Below are positions 1 to 9,395 of a stretch of DNA of 64,000 bases, piece after piece. Both the position numbers and the translations under genes were made by a program. The stretch's first letter is position 1. Each line of letters begins with the position of its first letter. The notes under the pieces were generated by a model. The model was not told the origin of the DNA, ran no database searches, and was given only the letters and a program-made list of their open reading frames with translations. Origin of the DNA: a virus; the IMG/VR virus record IMGVR_UViG_3300045988_100207; one strand, written 5' to 3'.

Positions 1-87
1 GATGATGTCAAGTATGAGGCAGGTACAGTTTTATACTACACTGGCACCGCTTGGGCTATCTATGCTGGTCAAGATACAGCGCAGTAA
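1..87 (+). CDS. C-terminal fragment of an ORF cut by the window edge (...YAGQDTAQ*)
   Basis: Frame 1 is open from base 1 to TAA 85-87 and is followed by a strong hairpin. The product cannot be identified from 28 aa. Confidence 0.35.
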   Translation, partial: DDVKYEAGTVLYYTGTAWAIYAGQDTAQ

Positions 88-106
88 ATTATCACTATAA
101 ACCATC

Positions 107-142
107 GGTGGGCAGGTGCATCTTGCTCTGCCCACCATTTAT
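107..142 (+). terminator. putative intrinsic terminator
   Basis: 9-bp stem GGTGGGCAG/CTGCCCACC (107-115 / 128-136), followed by ATTTAT. Confidence 0.45.
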
Positions 143-153
143 AAAGAATAAAT

Positions 154-615
154 ATGATTAAGACATATAAAGCACGAGTAAATCAAAATAGCATTAGCTA
201 TCTGCTTTCAGGTAAGCAGGGTAATCAGGTTCGCTATCCTTTCGCAAATGGTAATGTAATTATAAACAAATATCCTTCACTTACGTTGCGAAACCGATAC
301 TGTCAGGAACTTCTTGAGTCTAGCTTGCTTTTTGCCAACAATACTATTATTCTCGACCATGAGGAAGAAGAGTACCCTGGCGAAAAGGCTAAACTTGAAG
401 AGGAAAAGAATGCCGCATTAAAGTCAACCGTAGATGAGCCGGAAAAGAAGACTACAAAAAAGTCACAGAAAGAGGAGGTAGCAGGCATCCGTACAGCGGA
501 AGAAGTTATTAATTACATAAACAACCGTTTTGACAAGGATTGCAGAACCCTTGAAACTGCCATGAAGCATGCAGACAAGGCTGGTCTTATTTTCCCTGAT
601 TACGGCAAGCAGTAA
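154..615 (+). CDS. hypothetical virion-module protein (153 aa, Lys/Glu-rich centre)
   Basis: ATG-started ORF co-oriented with and tightly spaced to the following structural genes. No recognisable motif. Confidence 0.6.
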   Translation: MIKTYKARVNQNSISYLLSGKQGNQVRYPFANGNVIINKYPSLTLRNRYCQELLESSLLFANNTIILDHEEEEYPGEKAKLEEEKNAALKSTVDEPEKKTTKKSQKEEVAGIRTAEEVINYINNRFDKDCRTLETAMKHADKAGLIFPDYGKQ

Positions 616-632
616 TATATAATAAGGTGTAA

Positions 633-1292
633 ATGAGTATAGAGGAAATCATAAAGGCAGTTCGTTGGTGCATAGACGAGGAATCCAACAACACATCGGA
701 AATCACCGATGAGAAGGATGATTTGTATATGGACAACATCATCAAGTCGAAGATAAACGATGCGCTGCATTGGATAGCTATTACTGCTGCATCTTCGCCT
801 GTCCTGTCCGATTCCAAGAGTATAGGCTCGACTTCCGACACAATTCAGGTGTCCGATTTTGATTCTAATCGTAACATCGGTGTTATCACCATGCCTTCCA
901 ATATGGAGATTATTACCATCAACCGCATTCGTGGCGCTTCTTGGTATAAGGCAGTCGCCCCAGTAGAGGACACCGATGACGAAGCTCTTATGATGTACGA
1001 CGATACCGCAAATGGTACCATTGATCGCCCACAGGCTGCCATCATGCGAGAGAATCCAATCAAGATCCTCATGCAGCCCAAGACTTCAACGGCGGTTATT
1101 ACCTATGTGGGCGTACCTAAGTCTGTGAGCACAGACGCTTCCACAACAGATGTTTCCATTCCGGACAAACTAAAGAATGCTTTCATCTATTATATCGCCT
1201 TTCTGCTCCTCTCAGCCTACGATGATACCAAGGCCAGCCAGATGTACACCATCGCCCTGCAACAGCTAGGCGTAAATCAAACCTCAAAATAA
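633..1292 (+). CDS. hypothetical virion-module protein (219 aa)
   Basis: Starts 17 nt after the previous ORF and sits upstream of the tail fibre. No motif recognised. Confidence 0.6.
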   Translation: MSIEEIIKAVRWCIDEESNNTSEITDEKDDLYMDNIIKSKINDALHWIAITAASSPVLSDSKSIGSTSDTIQVSDFDSNRNIGVITMPSNMEIITINRIRGASWYKAVAPVEDTDDEALMMYDDTANGTIDRPQAAIMRENPIKILMQPKTSTAVITYVGVPKSVSTDASTTDVSIPDKLKNAFIYYIAFLLLSAYDDTKASQMYTIALQQLGVNQTSK

Positions 1293-1299
1293 AGACGAT

Positions 1300-1578
1300 A
1301 TGGAGAATGTAACAGCCACATACGATGCCAATGAACTTGCGTGGGTAACTCCAATCCTTACTCTTCGCCGTGATATTTTCCTAAGAATCACGCTAAGGGA
1401 AAAAGGAAAGGTGGTTATCCGTCAGTCAGATGATAAGGGAAATTTCCCTCGCGTCCCGATACGTCGCCACAAGGACACCCAGTCCTTCGAGTTCCGTATC
1501 TCGGTCATTCCCGATACCGTCCAAATTCAAATATTCACTTCTACAGAACCAAAAGAAATAAAATATGCCTACATTTAG
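1300..1578 (+). CDS. hypothetical protein (92 aa)
   Basis: Compact ORF that overlaps the tail-fibre start by 14 nt, suggesting translational coupling. Confidence 0.55.
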   Translation: MENVTATYDANELAWVTPILTLRRDIFLRITLREKGKVVIRQSDDKGNFPRVPIRRHKDTQSFEFRISVIPDTVQIQIFTSTEPKEIKYAYI

Positions 1579-4500
1579 ACAAGATAATAAGTTAGGAGAT
1601 TCCGTTCCTTTGATTAAAACTCCAGACATTGGAGACAAACAAGTTACGGAAAGAAAACTTGCTGATGGTTCAGTAACATCAAGCAAGTTGAGTACAGAGA
1701 TAGCAAATATGTTATCTCTGCTTACTACACGTATATCGGCATTCAAGGTAGCAGATAATCTTTCTTCTTTGCCAACAGAAGAAAATACAATAGGCTGGCT
1801 CGTCGATAACCATCTTTATGTTTACGTTGGTAATGGCTCGACTCCAGAGTCAGGTATGTATCAAGATTGTGGTGAGTTGCGTGGTCCGCAAGGAATCCAA
1901 GGAGAGCAAGGCTTGTCTGGTCTAAACGGAAAGTCTGCTTATGATATTTGGACTGAGCAGCCTGGCAATGAAGATAAATCTGAAATCGATTTCTTGGAGT
2001 TCACCAGAGGAAGCAAAGGTGATAAGGGCGATCAAGGTGAACGTGGCTATGATATTTCAAATATTGAACAGATTGTTAAATCCACAGAGGATGGAGGAAA
2101 GAACATTATCCGTGTCACTCGTTCTGACGGATGGAGTAAAGTCTTTGAAATTTTCAATGGATCGAAAGGTTCAAAGGGTGATAAGGGAACATCTATTGTT
2201 AAGTTAGAGCAGACAAGAAAAACTACAGAATCTTCTGGTCTCAATACAATAGAGGCAACACTAGGTGATGGTACTAAAGAATCCTTCGAAATATACAATG
2301 GCGCAAAGGGAGAACAAGGCAACAAAGGAGAAAAAGGAGACAAGGGTGATCAAGGCGAAATCGGACCTCAGGGCAATAGTGGTATCGCTGATGCGAGCAA
2401 CAAGACCCTAGTCAATGATGCTATAACTGGTGGAGAGACCGACTTTCTTTCAGCCGAGGTAGGCAAGCTAGGCATCCTAACCTACGACTGCTCAAAAGGT
2501 GGAACCGTAACCCATACTACTCTCCAAGATGCCATCAACTCGGTTCCTACCACATTTCAGAAGGTAGGTCTCACCATCACCTACAAATCAGGTAATACCA
2601 TCTACCGCTATACTTTAAAGGCAAATACATGGTCAGCAGACCCAGCAAACTGGTTTTCTGTAGAAGATAAACTCAACGACTTAGAAACCAAGGCAGTTTC
2701 TTTCATCGAAAAAAAAGGTGCAGTATCTGCTAGAACAGGTGCGATACAAGAGGCTTATTTAACATATCGTTATGTTGAAATTGATGTTAGTCAAATACGC
2801 AAGCTTCGCCTTAAAGGAAAAAACACAAATGGTGCATTAGGATATGCAGTTTTTGATGCTGAAGATAATTATATAAAAGCTGAAGGAGATACATATAATT
2901 TATCGACTTTCTCTGATCTTGATATAACATTCTCAGACGAAGCAAAAAAACTAAGGGTTTGCTATGATGTTAATGGAGTTAAAGAAAATCAGAAAATAAA
3001 CATACTGGAAACAAAAAATGATTCCTTAACAGATGTAATAAACCAATCAGCAAAGCAGTCATTTTCTTTAGGAAGCATCGCTGATACTATTAAAGGCAAA
3101 TTTATTAATTCGTCAGGAGTGTTGTCTGATAATCAATCATACGACACAAAGTACTTTGCTGTAAAAAAAGGAGATAAAGTTCAAATTGAAAATTATGTAA
3201 AAGGAAATACTGGTAATTCACCTATTTCGTTTGTTTTAAACAAAGAGGTGTTGTTACATACTTCTTCTGTACTTAATATCAATGCGGCTAACTCAACTAA
3301 TTATGTTGCAGCTCCACAGGATTGCCTTTGTTATATTCCAAGATATAACTCATCTGATAGCGGTGAAGCAATAGTTAATATAATTCATTCTTCACTTGTT
3401 GATTTCGTTGAAGATGTGCAGAAAGACAATATATCAGATATAGCATTAATCAAAGATAATTCTTTGTCTCTTGATAATAGGTATCAATACAAAGTAGGAA
3501 AGAGAATTGTAAATGGAATATTAGTTGCAGGCAATACCTTAACTTTCTATGATGATACCTTTTATAAGGCTAAAAAGGGGGAGGTTCTTTCGTTTAAGGA
3601 TGTATATAACAGTAATATTTCTATAGATTTAGTTTCTATATATTCAAATGCTACAGAGGACTCTTATATTAAGTCTTTATATGTTATAAAAGCGAATAGC
3701 ACTCAATCAAAGCAGTCTGATGTTAGAATAGAAATACCACAAGATTGTTTCTTTAGAATAGCTACAGCTTCAAATACACAGGCAGAATGCCCACTAAAAG
3801 TATATAGAACTGTCCCACTTTATGATGTAGTAAGTGCTGTTAATAAAGAGTTAAATGGATTTGAAGATACATATAAAGAAGAAAAGACTATTCAGATTCC
3901 ACTGGTAGTTGAAACTAATCATATATCTAAGTACTACAAGTGCTCGGATAAATGCTTGATTATCTGTGACGATTTTACGCATAATAATAATGTTTTAAGA
4001 TACCATACTATTAAAGATGACTCCGCTTCTATACAAACCATAAATATAGGGGTAAGAGGTCATTTTGAGTACACCCCACCTCAGAATGCAAAATATTTTT
4101 CAATAAAATTAACAGAAAGGTTAGACAGTGAAACCGGCAAGGTAAAAGTAATAGTACCAAGTAATTTTTATTATACTGAACTTGGAGAGGCAGATGGGGC
4201 AGCAGCAAAGCCTATAGTTATAAGTGGAGACTCTGTTGCTGGTAATTTGCAGAGTAAATTTGTTTCAACTCTTATAAATGGAGAAACTTCTATTTTTGGC
4301 AAGGCAGTAGGTTCTGAGGGTCCTTGGAGTACAATGATGAGAATGGGATGGGCACCATGTATGGTATTCCCATTTACTATTCCTGCAAGCAATAAATATG
4401 GTGTTAATGTTGATATGATTTGCAATATGCACTATAAGCCAGCAATCAAAGCAGATGGTACAAGTGGATTCACTATTACAGATAGAATGACACAGGTAGA

Positions 4501-5281
4501 TTTTCTTGTATCAATATGGAAAACTACGACAGACGGTAAGCCTTACATATCTTTTGCTGGATTTGACTGCGAGATTAATGGTGTACAAGGCACTCTTGGC
4601 ACATCATCTGGTGTAATCATAGATAAAGATGGCAATTTGGTGAATCCAGATAATCCAAGTGATAGACTGGTTACTATTTTTCAGAGAAAAAACGAGGGAG
4701 ATGAAGTTGTAATCAATTCCCCAGTCTTAGCTAAACCTTTGGATGCAGAAACATTTGCAAATGCCTATCATATTAATTTCATGGGTCAGAATAGAGGTGT
4801 CAGGGATGTAGATAATGATTTCTTTATTGCTGATACCCAAGATACACCAGGAGTTGACTTTGCTGAGGTGTTCTTCAATATGCAGAAGCTATGCTTTAAT
4901 GCCGCTGCAGGAAACTATATGATAATAGGCTGCCTCTTTTACGGCTATACAGAGGATAATTTTCAAAAGGGATTCAGAGGTAAATACGAGAGACTTTGTG
5001 AGAAAGAGTTTGGTGCAAAATTTGTCAATCTGAGACAATACATGTTAACACAAGCTCATCTGGCTTGTGGAAGAACTTTGTCACAAGAAGATAAAGATAT
5101 GATAAAAACGGGGCAATTACCTCCTTATCTTGGCAATGTTCATCTTAATGAATTGGGACAAGAATTAGCTTCAAATCTTGTAGCCGAAAGATGTTATGAA
5201 TTAGGTTGGATAAAGAACAAGCCTAATTACTATGATGTTGTAGCAACTCGCACAAGGTTGGAGACTGATGGTACTATTTAA
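1565..5281 (+). CDS. tail fibre / receptor-binding protein with collagen-like repeats and a possible C-terminal SGNH/GDSL-type esterase domain
   Basis: 1,238-aa ORF with Gly-X-Y runs (GPQGIQGEQGLSGLNG; GAKGEQGNKGEKGDKGDQGEIGPQGNSG). The C-terminal part carries ISGDSVAG, FMGQNRG and GNVHLNELG strings. Confidence 0.85.
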   Translation: MPTFRQDNKLGDSVPLIKTPDIGDKQVTERKLADGSVTSSKLSTEIANMLSLLTTRISAFKVADNLSSLPTEENTIGWLVDNHLYVYVGNGSTPESGMYQDCGELRGPQGIQGEQGLSGLNGKSAYDIWTEQPGNEDKSEIDFLEFTRGSKGDKGDQGERGYDISNIEQIVKSTEDGGKNIIRVTRSDGWSKVFEIFNGSKGSKGDKGTSIVKLEQTRKTTESSGLNTIEATLGDGTKESFEIYNGAKGEQGNKGEKGDKGDQGEIGPQGNSGIADASNKTLVNDAITGGETDFLSAEVGKLGILTYDCSKGGTVTHTTLQDAINSVPTTFQKVGLTITYKSGNTIYRYTLKANTWSADPANWFSVEDKLNDLETKAVSFIEKKGAVSARTGAIQEAYLTYRYVEIDVSQIRKLRLKGKNTNGALGYAVFDAEDNYIKAEGDTYNLSTFSDLDITFSDEAKKLRVCYDVNGVKENQKINILETKNDSLTDVINQSAKQSFSLGSIADTIKGKFINSSGVLSDNQSYDTKYFAVKKGDKVQIENYVKGNTGNSPISFVLNKEVLLHTSSVLNINAANSTNYVAAPQDCLCYIPRYNSSDSGEAIVNIIHSSLVDFVEDVQKDNISDIALIKDNSLSLDNRYQYKVGKRIVNGILVAGNTLTFYDDTFYKAKKGEVLSFKDVYNSNISIDLVSIYSNATEDSYIKSLYVIKANSTQSKQSDVRIEIPQDCFFRIATASNTQAECPLKVYRTVPLYDVVSAVNKELNGFEDTYKEEKTIQIPLVVETNHISKYYKCSDKCLIICDDFTHNNNVLRYHTIKDDSASIQTINIGVRGHFEYTPPQNAKYFSIKLTERLDSETGKVKVIVPSNFYYTELGEADGAAAKPIVISGDSVAGNLQSKFVSTLINGETSIFGKAVGSEGPWSTMMRMGWAPCMVFPFTIPASNKYGVNVDMICNMHYKPAIKADGTSGFTITDRMTQVDFLVSIWKTTTDGKPYISFAGFDCEINGVQGTLGTSSGVIIDKDGNLVNPDNPSDRLVTIFQRKNEGDEVVINSPVLAKPLDAETFANAYHINFMGQNRGVRDVDNDFFIADTQDTPGVDFAEVFFNMQKLCFNAAAGNYMIIGCLFYGYTEDNFQKGFRGKYERLCEKEFGAKFVNLRQYMLTQAHLACGRTLSQEDKDMIKTGQLPPYLGNVHLNELGQELASNLVAERCYELGWIKNKPNYYDVVATRTRLETDGTI
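1883..2383 (+). repeat. collagen-like Gly-X-Y repeat region inside the tail fibre
   Basis: Four separate G-X-Y runs are visible in the translation, interrupted by short beta-like segments that are themselves duplicated (VFEIFNGSKGSKGDKG / SFEIYNGAKGEQG). Confidence 0.8.
4200..5278 (+). other. candidate SGNH/GDSL hydrolase-like domain of the tail fibre
   Basis: GDS (block I-like) at about nt 4219-4236, GxN (FMGQNRG) and an HLN string near the C-terminus. Called by motif only. Confidence 0.35.
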
Positions 5282-5320
5282 AAGCCGAACTCTAAGTCGC
5301 TGACTTTATAGATAAAGAAG

Positions 5321-5346
5321 AAGGGTGAGTCGAATGATTCACCCTT
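5321..5346. terminator. hairpin between convergent genes (putative bidirectional terminator)
   Basis: 8-bp stem AAGGGTGA/TCACCCTT, A-rich on the 5' side and T-rich on the 3' side. Confidence 0.45.
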
Positions 5347-5378
5347 TACTTATTTACTTACTTCAATCAATAGAGATA

Positions 5379-5642
5379 TTACTCCTTCTTTGTTAATTCT
5401 AAAGCATCAGACTCATATACGCATTCTTGGCAAAAGCATTCTGTTGCAGGGTAGTATTTAAAGGAACTTACCTTTTCTATTGTGTACCCATTCTTGATTT
5501 TTGAGCAAGAGCTGCTTGTATGGATAACCAGTTGGCGATTGGGAAGATCACGCTCGATAAAAACGTTATCTCCTAAACTTGTTTTACTGCAGGATATAAC
5601 AATCGCAGAGATAGCACCTAAAAACAATACTATTCTTTTCAT
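5379..5642 (-). CDS. small lipoprotein (87 aa) with a C-terminal Cys motif
   Basis: N-terminal signal peptide plus lipobox MKRIVLFLGAISAIVISC. C-terminus reads IHTSSSC...ECFCQEC. Confidence 0.7.
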   Translation of the reverse strand: MKRIVLFLGAISAIVISCSKTSLGDNVFIERDLPNRQLVIHTSSSCSKIKNGYTIEKVSSFKYYPATECFCQECVYESDALELTKKE

Positions 5643-5708
5643 ATCAACCCAATATTGCCATCAGTATCGTGAATAAGAAGATAAAGAGCACGAACCATTC
5701 CTGTTTAC

Positions 5709-6452
5709 TCATTTGATTATATTGAAAGCGTCCAACATATTATCAATATTTTCATCCTTTACGAAAAGACTTCCCATGTTTTGAGAAATTGTAATCGTAA
5801 TAGAAGAATCGTTCTGACTTGCAAATTTGTGATAAATCCACCTTCGTATGTCGTTAGCCGTAGCTACTATATATTTATTACGATCACCTCTAGCAACAAT
5901 AACATAGAAGCAATTACCACCATTGTACCTATCGAAACTTTTACTGCTTATACGAACAGAAAAGTTACCGTCAGAAGTAATCTGGATGGTTTTCACTTGA
6001 ATATAAAAAGTCTTGTTATTCTTCATTGCTACAATATCAATACCATCATCAACAGGCATCCTTGCAACATTGTATTCTCTAAAAAGAAGCTCGCTACAAA
6101 CAGCCATTTCTCCGGCAGTACCTGCAAACATTCTGTTTTCCGTAGCTTTTACCTTTGGCTCTAATGGCTTTATTGCAGGTTTGGGCTTGCGTTCTTTCTT
6201 AGGCTTACGAAGTTTGTAATAACCTTTTTTGTTACCACCTCTTCCATTTTTAACACGTTCGTAAATAGAATCCTTTTTCTTTGTATCATTTGCCAGATAG
6301 CGTGAAACCTGATTCTTTAATTCATCCGCATTTGAGTTTTTAAACTCCTCGTACTTATATACCAATTCTAGTGCAATATCTGTTACGCTCATTTCTGGGT
6401 AATCTACACCTTGAATCATAAATACATTATTAACAGCTTCTTTTATATCCAT
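5709..6452 (-). CDS. winged-helix (HARE-HTH-like) N-domain fused to a PD-(D/E)xK-type nuclease-like C-domain
   Basis: N-terminus: ...QVSRYLANDTKKKDSIYERV...KGYYKLRKP, then a Lys/Pro linker. C-terminus: GTAGEMAVCSELL...PVDDGIDIVAM...YIQVKT (E / D / QxK pattern). Confidence 0.6.
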   Translation of the reverse strand: MDIKEAVNNVFMIQGVDYPEMSVTDIALELVYKYEEFKNSNADELKNQVSRYLANDTKKKDSIYERVKNGRGGNKKGYYKLRKPKKERKPKPAIKPLEPKVKATENRMFAGTAGEMAVCSELLFREYNVARMPVDDGIDIVAMKNNKTFYIQVKTIQITSDGNFSVRISSKSFDRYNGGNCFYVIVARGDRNKYIVATANDIRRWIYHKFASQNDSSITITISQNMGSLFVKDENIDNMLDAFNIIK

Positions 6453-6492
6453 AAAATTATTGTTTAGTTTTATTAAAGCGTTATTTTTCCTG

Positions 6493-6509
6493 CAAAAGTA
6501 GCAAAAATA
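6493..6509 (-). promoter_or_regulatory. two overlapping Bacteroidetes -7-like boxes for the antisense cassette
   Basis: CAAAAGTA (6493-6500) and CAAAAATA (6502-6509) are reverse complements of TAnnTTTG. They lie 40-55 nt upstream of the 6452 start. Confidence 0.4.
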
Positions 6510-6667
6510 TCAATAGGTTGTACCGTTAATCAACGACTTTCTTCTTAGTTTAGATTAAAGCTAAATAATTGAGCATCACATTACTCATCATAAATCTCTG
6601 AAAAACAGCTTTCTAACCCATGAAAACTTTATTTTGAGCATAGTTAGGCAGAGCCTAATCTTCTTCG

Positions 6668-6675
6668 TAACTTTG
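6668..6675 (+). promoter_or_regulatory. -7-like box TAACTTTG
   Basis: Matches TAnnTTTG 43 nt upstream of ATG 6718. No well-spaced -33 TTTG. Confidence 0.4.
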
Positions 6676-6717
6676 CACCAAGTTCAATAGTGAACGAAAC
6701 GAATAAACTATTTTATT

Positions 6718-7716
6718 ATGAGTGAGTCAAAAACTTACGTATTCGGGGAGAACGGAACCAGCCAGGGTGGTGGTTTCAATAGCATTCTAGCTATGCTCCC
6801 AGCACTTATGCAGCGACAGGGTGTAGATCCAAGTTTGTTTGCTCTCTGCAACGGCAAGGGCAATGGAAACGGATGGGGTGATGGCTTGTTTGCCATCTTG
6901 CTTCTCTTCCTTCTTATGGGTAGAGGTAACTTCTTCGGTGGAAATAATGGCGGTTGCTTGATGCCTAACGGACAGGGTGGCGTTATGCTCAATAACGATG
7001 CCAATACGGCTGTTATCATGCAGGCAGTTCAGCGCAATGGTTACGATGTTCAGTCGCTTGCTACTGCTCTCAACACTACTACCGGTAACGTTATCGCTGC
7101 CATCAACGGTGTAAGCAAGGAGATTTGCGGTGTCGGCAACCAGATGGGCATGACTGCTAATCAGGTATTGACCGCCATCATGCAGGGTAACAACGCTATC
7201 GCTACTCAGTTGGCAGAATGCTGCTGCAAGACCAACAACAACATTACCGCCATGGACGGCAATATCAAGTTGGCGATGTGCCAGCAGACTGGTACCTTAC
7301 AGAATGCCATCAATAATGTGGCAGTAGGTCAGGAGCGTGGCTTCTCTAACGTAGCTTACGAAACCCAGCGCCAGACTTGCGATTTGCATAACGCCATCAA
7401 GGAAAGCACTCAGACCATCGTTGACGGTCAGAAGCAGGCTGAGATGCGCGAAATGCAGAATAAGATTGATTCTCTGCGTGAGGAGAACAGTACCTTCAAG
7501 GCTTCCGCAATGACTTCACAAATCGTGGGTCAGGCTGTAGCACCTATCAATCAAGTATTGGCTGGTCTGCAGAACGAGGTAGCTGGTATCAAGTGTAAGC
7601 TGCCGGAGACAGTAACCACCCCTTACAGCCCATTTACTGCGGTTCCTAACTGCGTGGCCTATCAAGCAGGTTTGTATGGTTTGAATGCTGCCAACAATGC
7701 AGGATTCTGGGGTTAA
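6718..7716 (+). CDS. hypothetical membrane-associated protein (332 aa): Gly/Asn-rich N-terminus, TM segment, Cys cluster, coiled-coil tail
   Basis: GKGNGNGWGDGLFAILLLFLLMGRGNFFGGNNGG, then AECCCKTNNN, then QKQAEMREMQNKIDSLREEN. Confidence 0.7.
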   Translation: MSESKTYVFGENGTSQGGGFNSILAMLPALMQRQGVDPSLFALCNGKGNGNGWGDGLFAILLLFLLMGRGNFFGGNNGGCLMPNGQGGVMLNNDANTAVIMQAVQRNGYDVQSLATALNTTTGNVIAAINGVSKEICGVGNQMGMTANQVLTAIMQGNNAIATQLAECCCKTNNNITAMDGNIKLAMCQQTGTLQNAINNVAVGQERGFSNVAYETQRQTCDLHNAIKESTQTIVDGQKQAEMREMQNKIDSLREENSTFKASAMTSQIVGQAVAPINQVLAGLQNEVAGIKCKLPETVTTPYSPFTAVPNCVAYQAGLYGLNAANNAGFWG

Positions 7717-7731
7717 AGAAAGGAGGCTGCT

Positions 7732-8076
7732 ATGTTATGGTTAAGACCTTATACATGGGTGAATCGTAACGGTTCGGCGGCTATCGCTTCTACTGGCGTG
7801 AAGGTGAATACTGCCGATGTGGTGTTCACCTTTAAAAACCACGCCTTCGTGAATGCCAGCTACAGAGGAACGATTTTCGTTAATCTGCGTCAGGCTATTC
7901 CGACTGGAACGACTGGTACGCTGCCTATCCTTTTCGAGACCAACGGAGCAACCCAAGCTGTAACCAAATTCAATGGTGATGCTTTGACGGTTGCAGACGT
8001 GCCGGGAACTGGAGTGGTTCAGCTCTGGTTTGAGAGAGACACTAACACCCTTCAGCTAATGACGGGTATTGTTTAA
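7732..8076 (+). CDS. hypothetical protein (114 aa)
   Basis: Compact ORF 15 nt after the previous stop. Confidence 0.6.
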   Translation: MLWLRPYTWVNRNGSAAIASTGVKVNTADVVFTFKNHAFVNASYRGTIFVNLRQAIPTGTTGTLPILFETNGATQAVTKFNGDALTVADVPGTGVVQLWFERDTNTLQLMTGIV

Positions 8077-8106
8077 CAAACAGAATAGATAATAGGAGAT
8101 TACATT

Positions 8107-8607
8107 ATGTTTCAAGGTTTAAGAACAAATTCTTTATTCTATGTCCTAGATAAGGGCGAAAACCCGAACTTGCAGATTGGTCAGGTTGTTTCGGTCAGCA
8201 ATCCTCAGACAAAATACCCTACCTTCAATAATGGCTTCACGCCTCAGCCTATGGAAACTGTGGTTGATGTGAAGGTGAAGCTGAACGACGAGGAGGTGGA
8301 TTTCAAGCAGCTACCTGCCAACGGACAGATAGCGAACGACAAGAATCTCGTTGTGAGCGACAACAAGGAAGCCATGAGTGCAGAGGTCGATACCATGCTG
8401 AGACAATCCAAGGCGATACTGGAGAGCGTAGATTACCACAAGAAAGTTGTAGATTCTTGTGAGGGAATGCTATTGCAACTCAACCCCCAGATAGCCAAGG
8501 AGAGGGAGCAGACTGAGAAGATCAGCAAGCTGGAAGGCAAGGTTTCTGGCATGGAGGGCAAGCTCGACAAGATGATGGGATTGCTCCAACAGGCGATAAA
8601 CAAGTAA
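8107..8607 (+). CDS. hypothetical protein with a C-terminal coiled coil (166 aa)
   Basis: AGGAG-like sequence upstream of the ATG. C-terminal heptad-like EKISKLEGKVSGMEGKLDKMMGLL. Confidence 0.65.
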   Translation: MFQGLRTNSLFYVLDKGENPNLQIGQVVSVSNPQTKYPTFNNGFTPQPMETVVDVKVKLNDEEVDFKQLPANGQIANDKNLVVSDNKEAMSAEVDTMLRQSKAILESVDYHKKVVDSCEGMLLQLNPQIAKEREQTEKISKLEGKVSGMEGKLDKMMGLLQQAINK

Positions 8608-8641
8608 TCTCCTATCTATTCACTTTAAAAATCTTAGAATT

Positions 8642-8917
8642 ATGATAATGGTTGAGATTACAGAAGACAAGTTTGATGGCTTGTATGAGAACGTGGAGAA
8701 GGGTTTGCGCTACTTGGATAAGGCGATGAACTGCCTAGGCGAAATGAAGCGTGAAGGCAGACGTGACCGATATGGCGAGCGCAACCGCATGCCCGATTAC
8801 AGAGGTCGTGGAGGCAGAAGTGGTATGCGAGAGCATGAAGAGTACGAAGACATGCGCCAACGTGACGACAGAGACCGTGGAGAACGTGATTATCGAAGCT
8901 ACGGCGACGAGTATTAA
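8642..8917 (+). CDS. hypothetical Arg/Asp/Glu-rich protein (91 aa)
   Basis: Highly charged low-complexity tail RDRYGERNR...RDDRDRGERDYRSYGDEY. Confidence 0.55.
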   Translation: MIMVEITEDKFDGLYENVEKGLRYLDKAMNCLGEMKREGRRDRYGERNRMPDYRGRGGRSGMREHEEYEDMRQRDDRDRGERDYRSYGDEY

Positions 8918-8925
8918 CTAACTTG

Positions 8926-8966
8926 GGGTTTGGTAGTGAAACAGATTTCGTTACCAAACCCTTTTT
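8926..8966 (+). terminator. intrinsic terminator
   Basis: 10-bp stem GGGTTTGGTA/TACCAAACCC followed by TTTTT. Confidence 0.7.
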
Positions 8967-8981
8967 AATATCAGAAAGATT

Positions 8982-9395
8982 ATGGAAAGAAAATACAGAC
9001 AATCTTTGAACGCCTACGATTATCAGCCGGAGGAAATGAGGGCTTACCTTCGCTACAATGGTTGGCACTTCAATAAGAAAATGTGTGAGTGGGCAGTAAA
9101 GCAGATGCGGAAGAACGGTAAGCCTATCCGCATGATGAGCAAGGATGATATTGAGGAAATCTTGAAAAAGAACAACATCGTGCTGGAGAATAATGTGGGC
9201 TATGATGCGGTTTACATCGCACACATGTGTCTGGCAGACTTCTACGGCTCGTCTATCACGGAAGAAAAGCAGATGGCCCAGTTCATCAAAGACTACGTAG
9301 ATGATGAGGATCAGCAGGACGGTTTCATCTTCAACCGCTTCTATGCAGATACATCTTTCAATGGCATAGGCATACCTTGGGAAGAGATATTGTAG
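8982..9395 (+). CDS. hypothetical protein (137 aa)
   Basis: ATG ORF after the terminator. No motif recognised. Confidence 0.65.
   Translation: MERKYRQSLNAYDYQPEEMRAYLRYNGWHFNKKMCEWAVKQMRKNGKPIRMMSKDDIEEILKKNNIVLENNVGYDAVYIAHMCLADFYGSSITEEKQMAQFIKDYVDDEDQQDGFIFNRFYADTSFNGIGIPWEEIL

Noticed and set aside
1565-5281. A diversity-generating retroelement targeting the tail fibre C-terminus.
   Set aside because: There is no reverse transcriptase gene and no template/variable repeat pair in the window.
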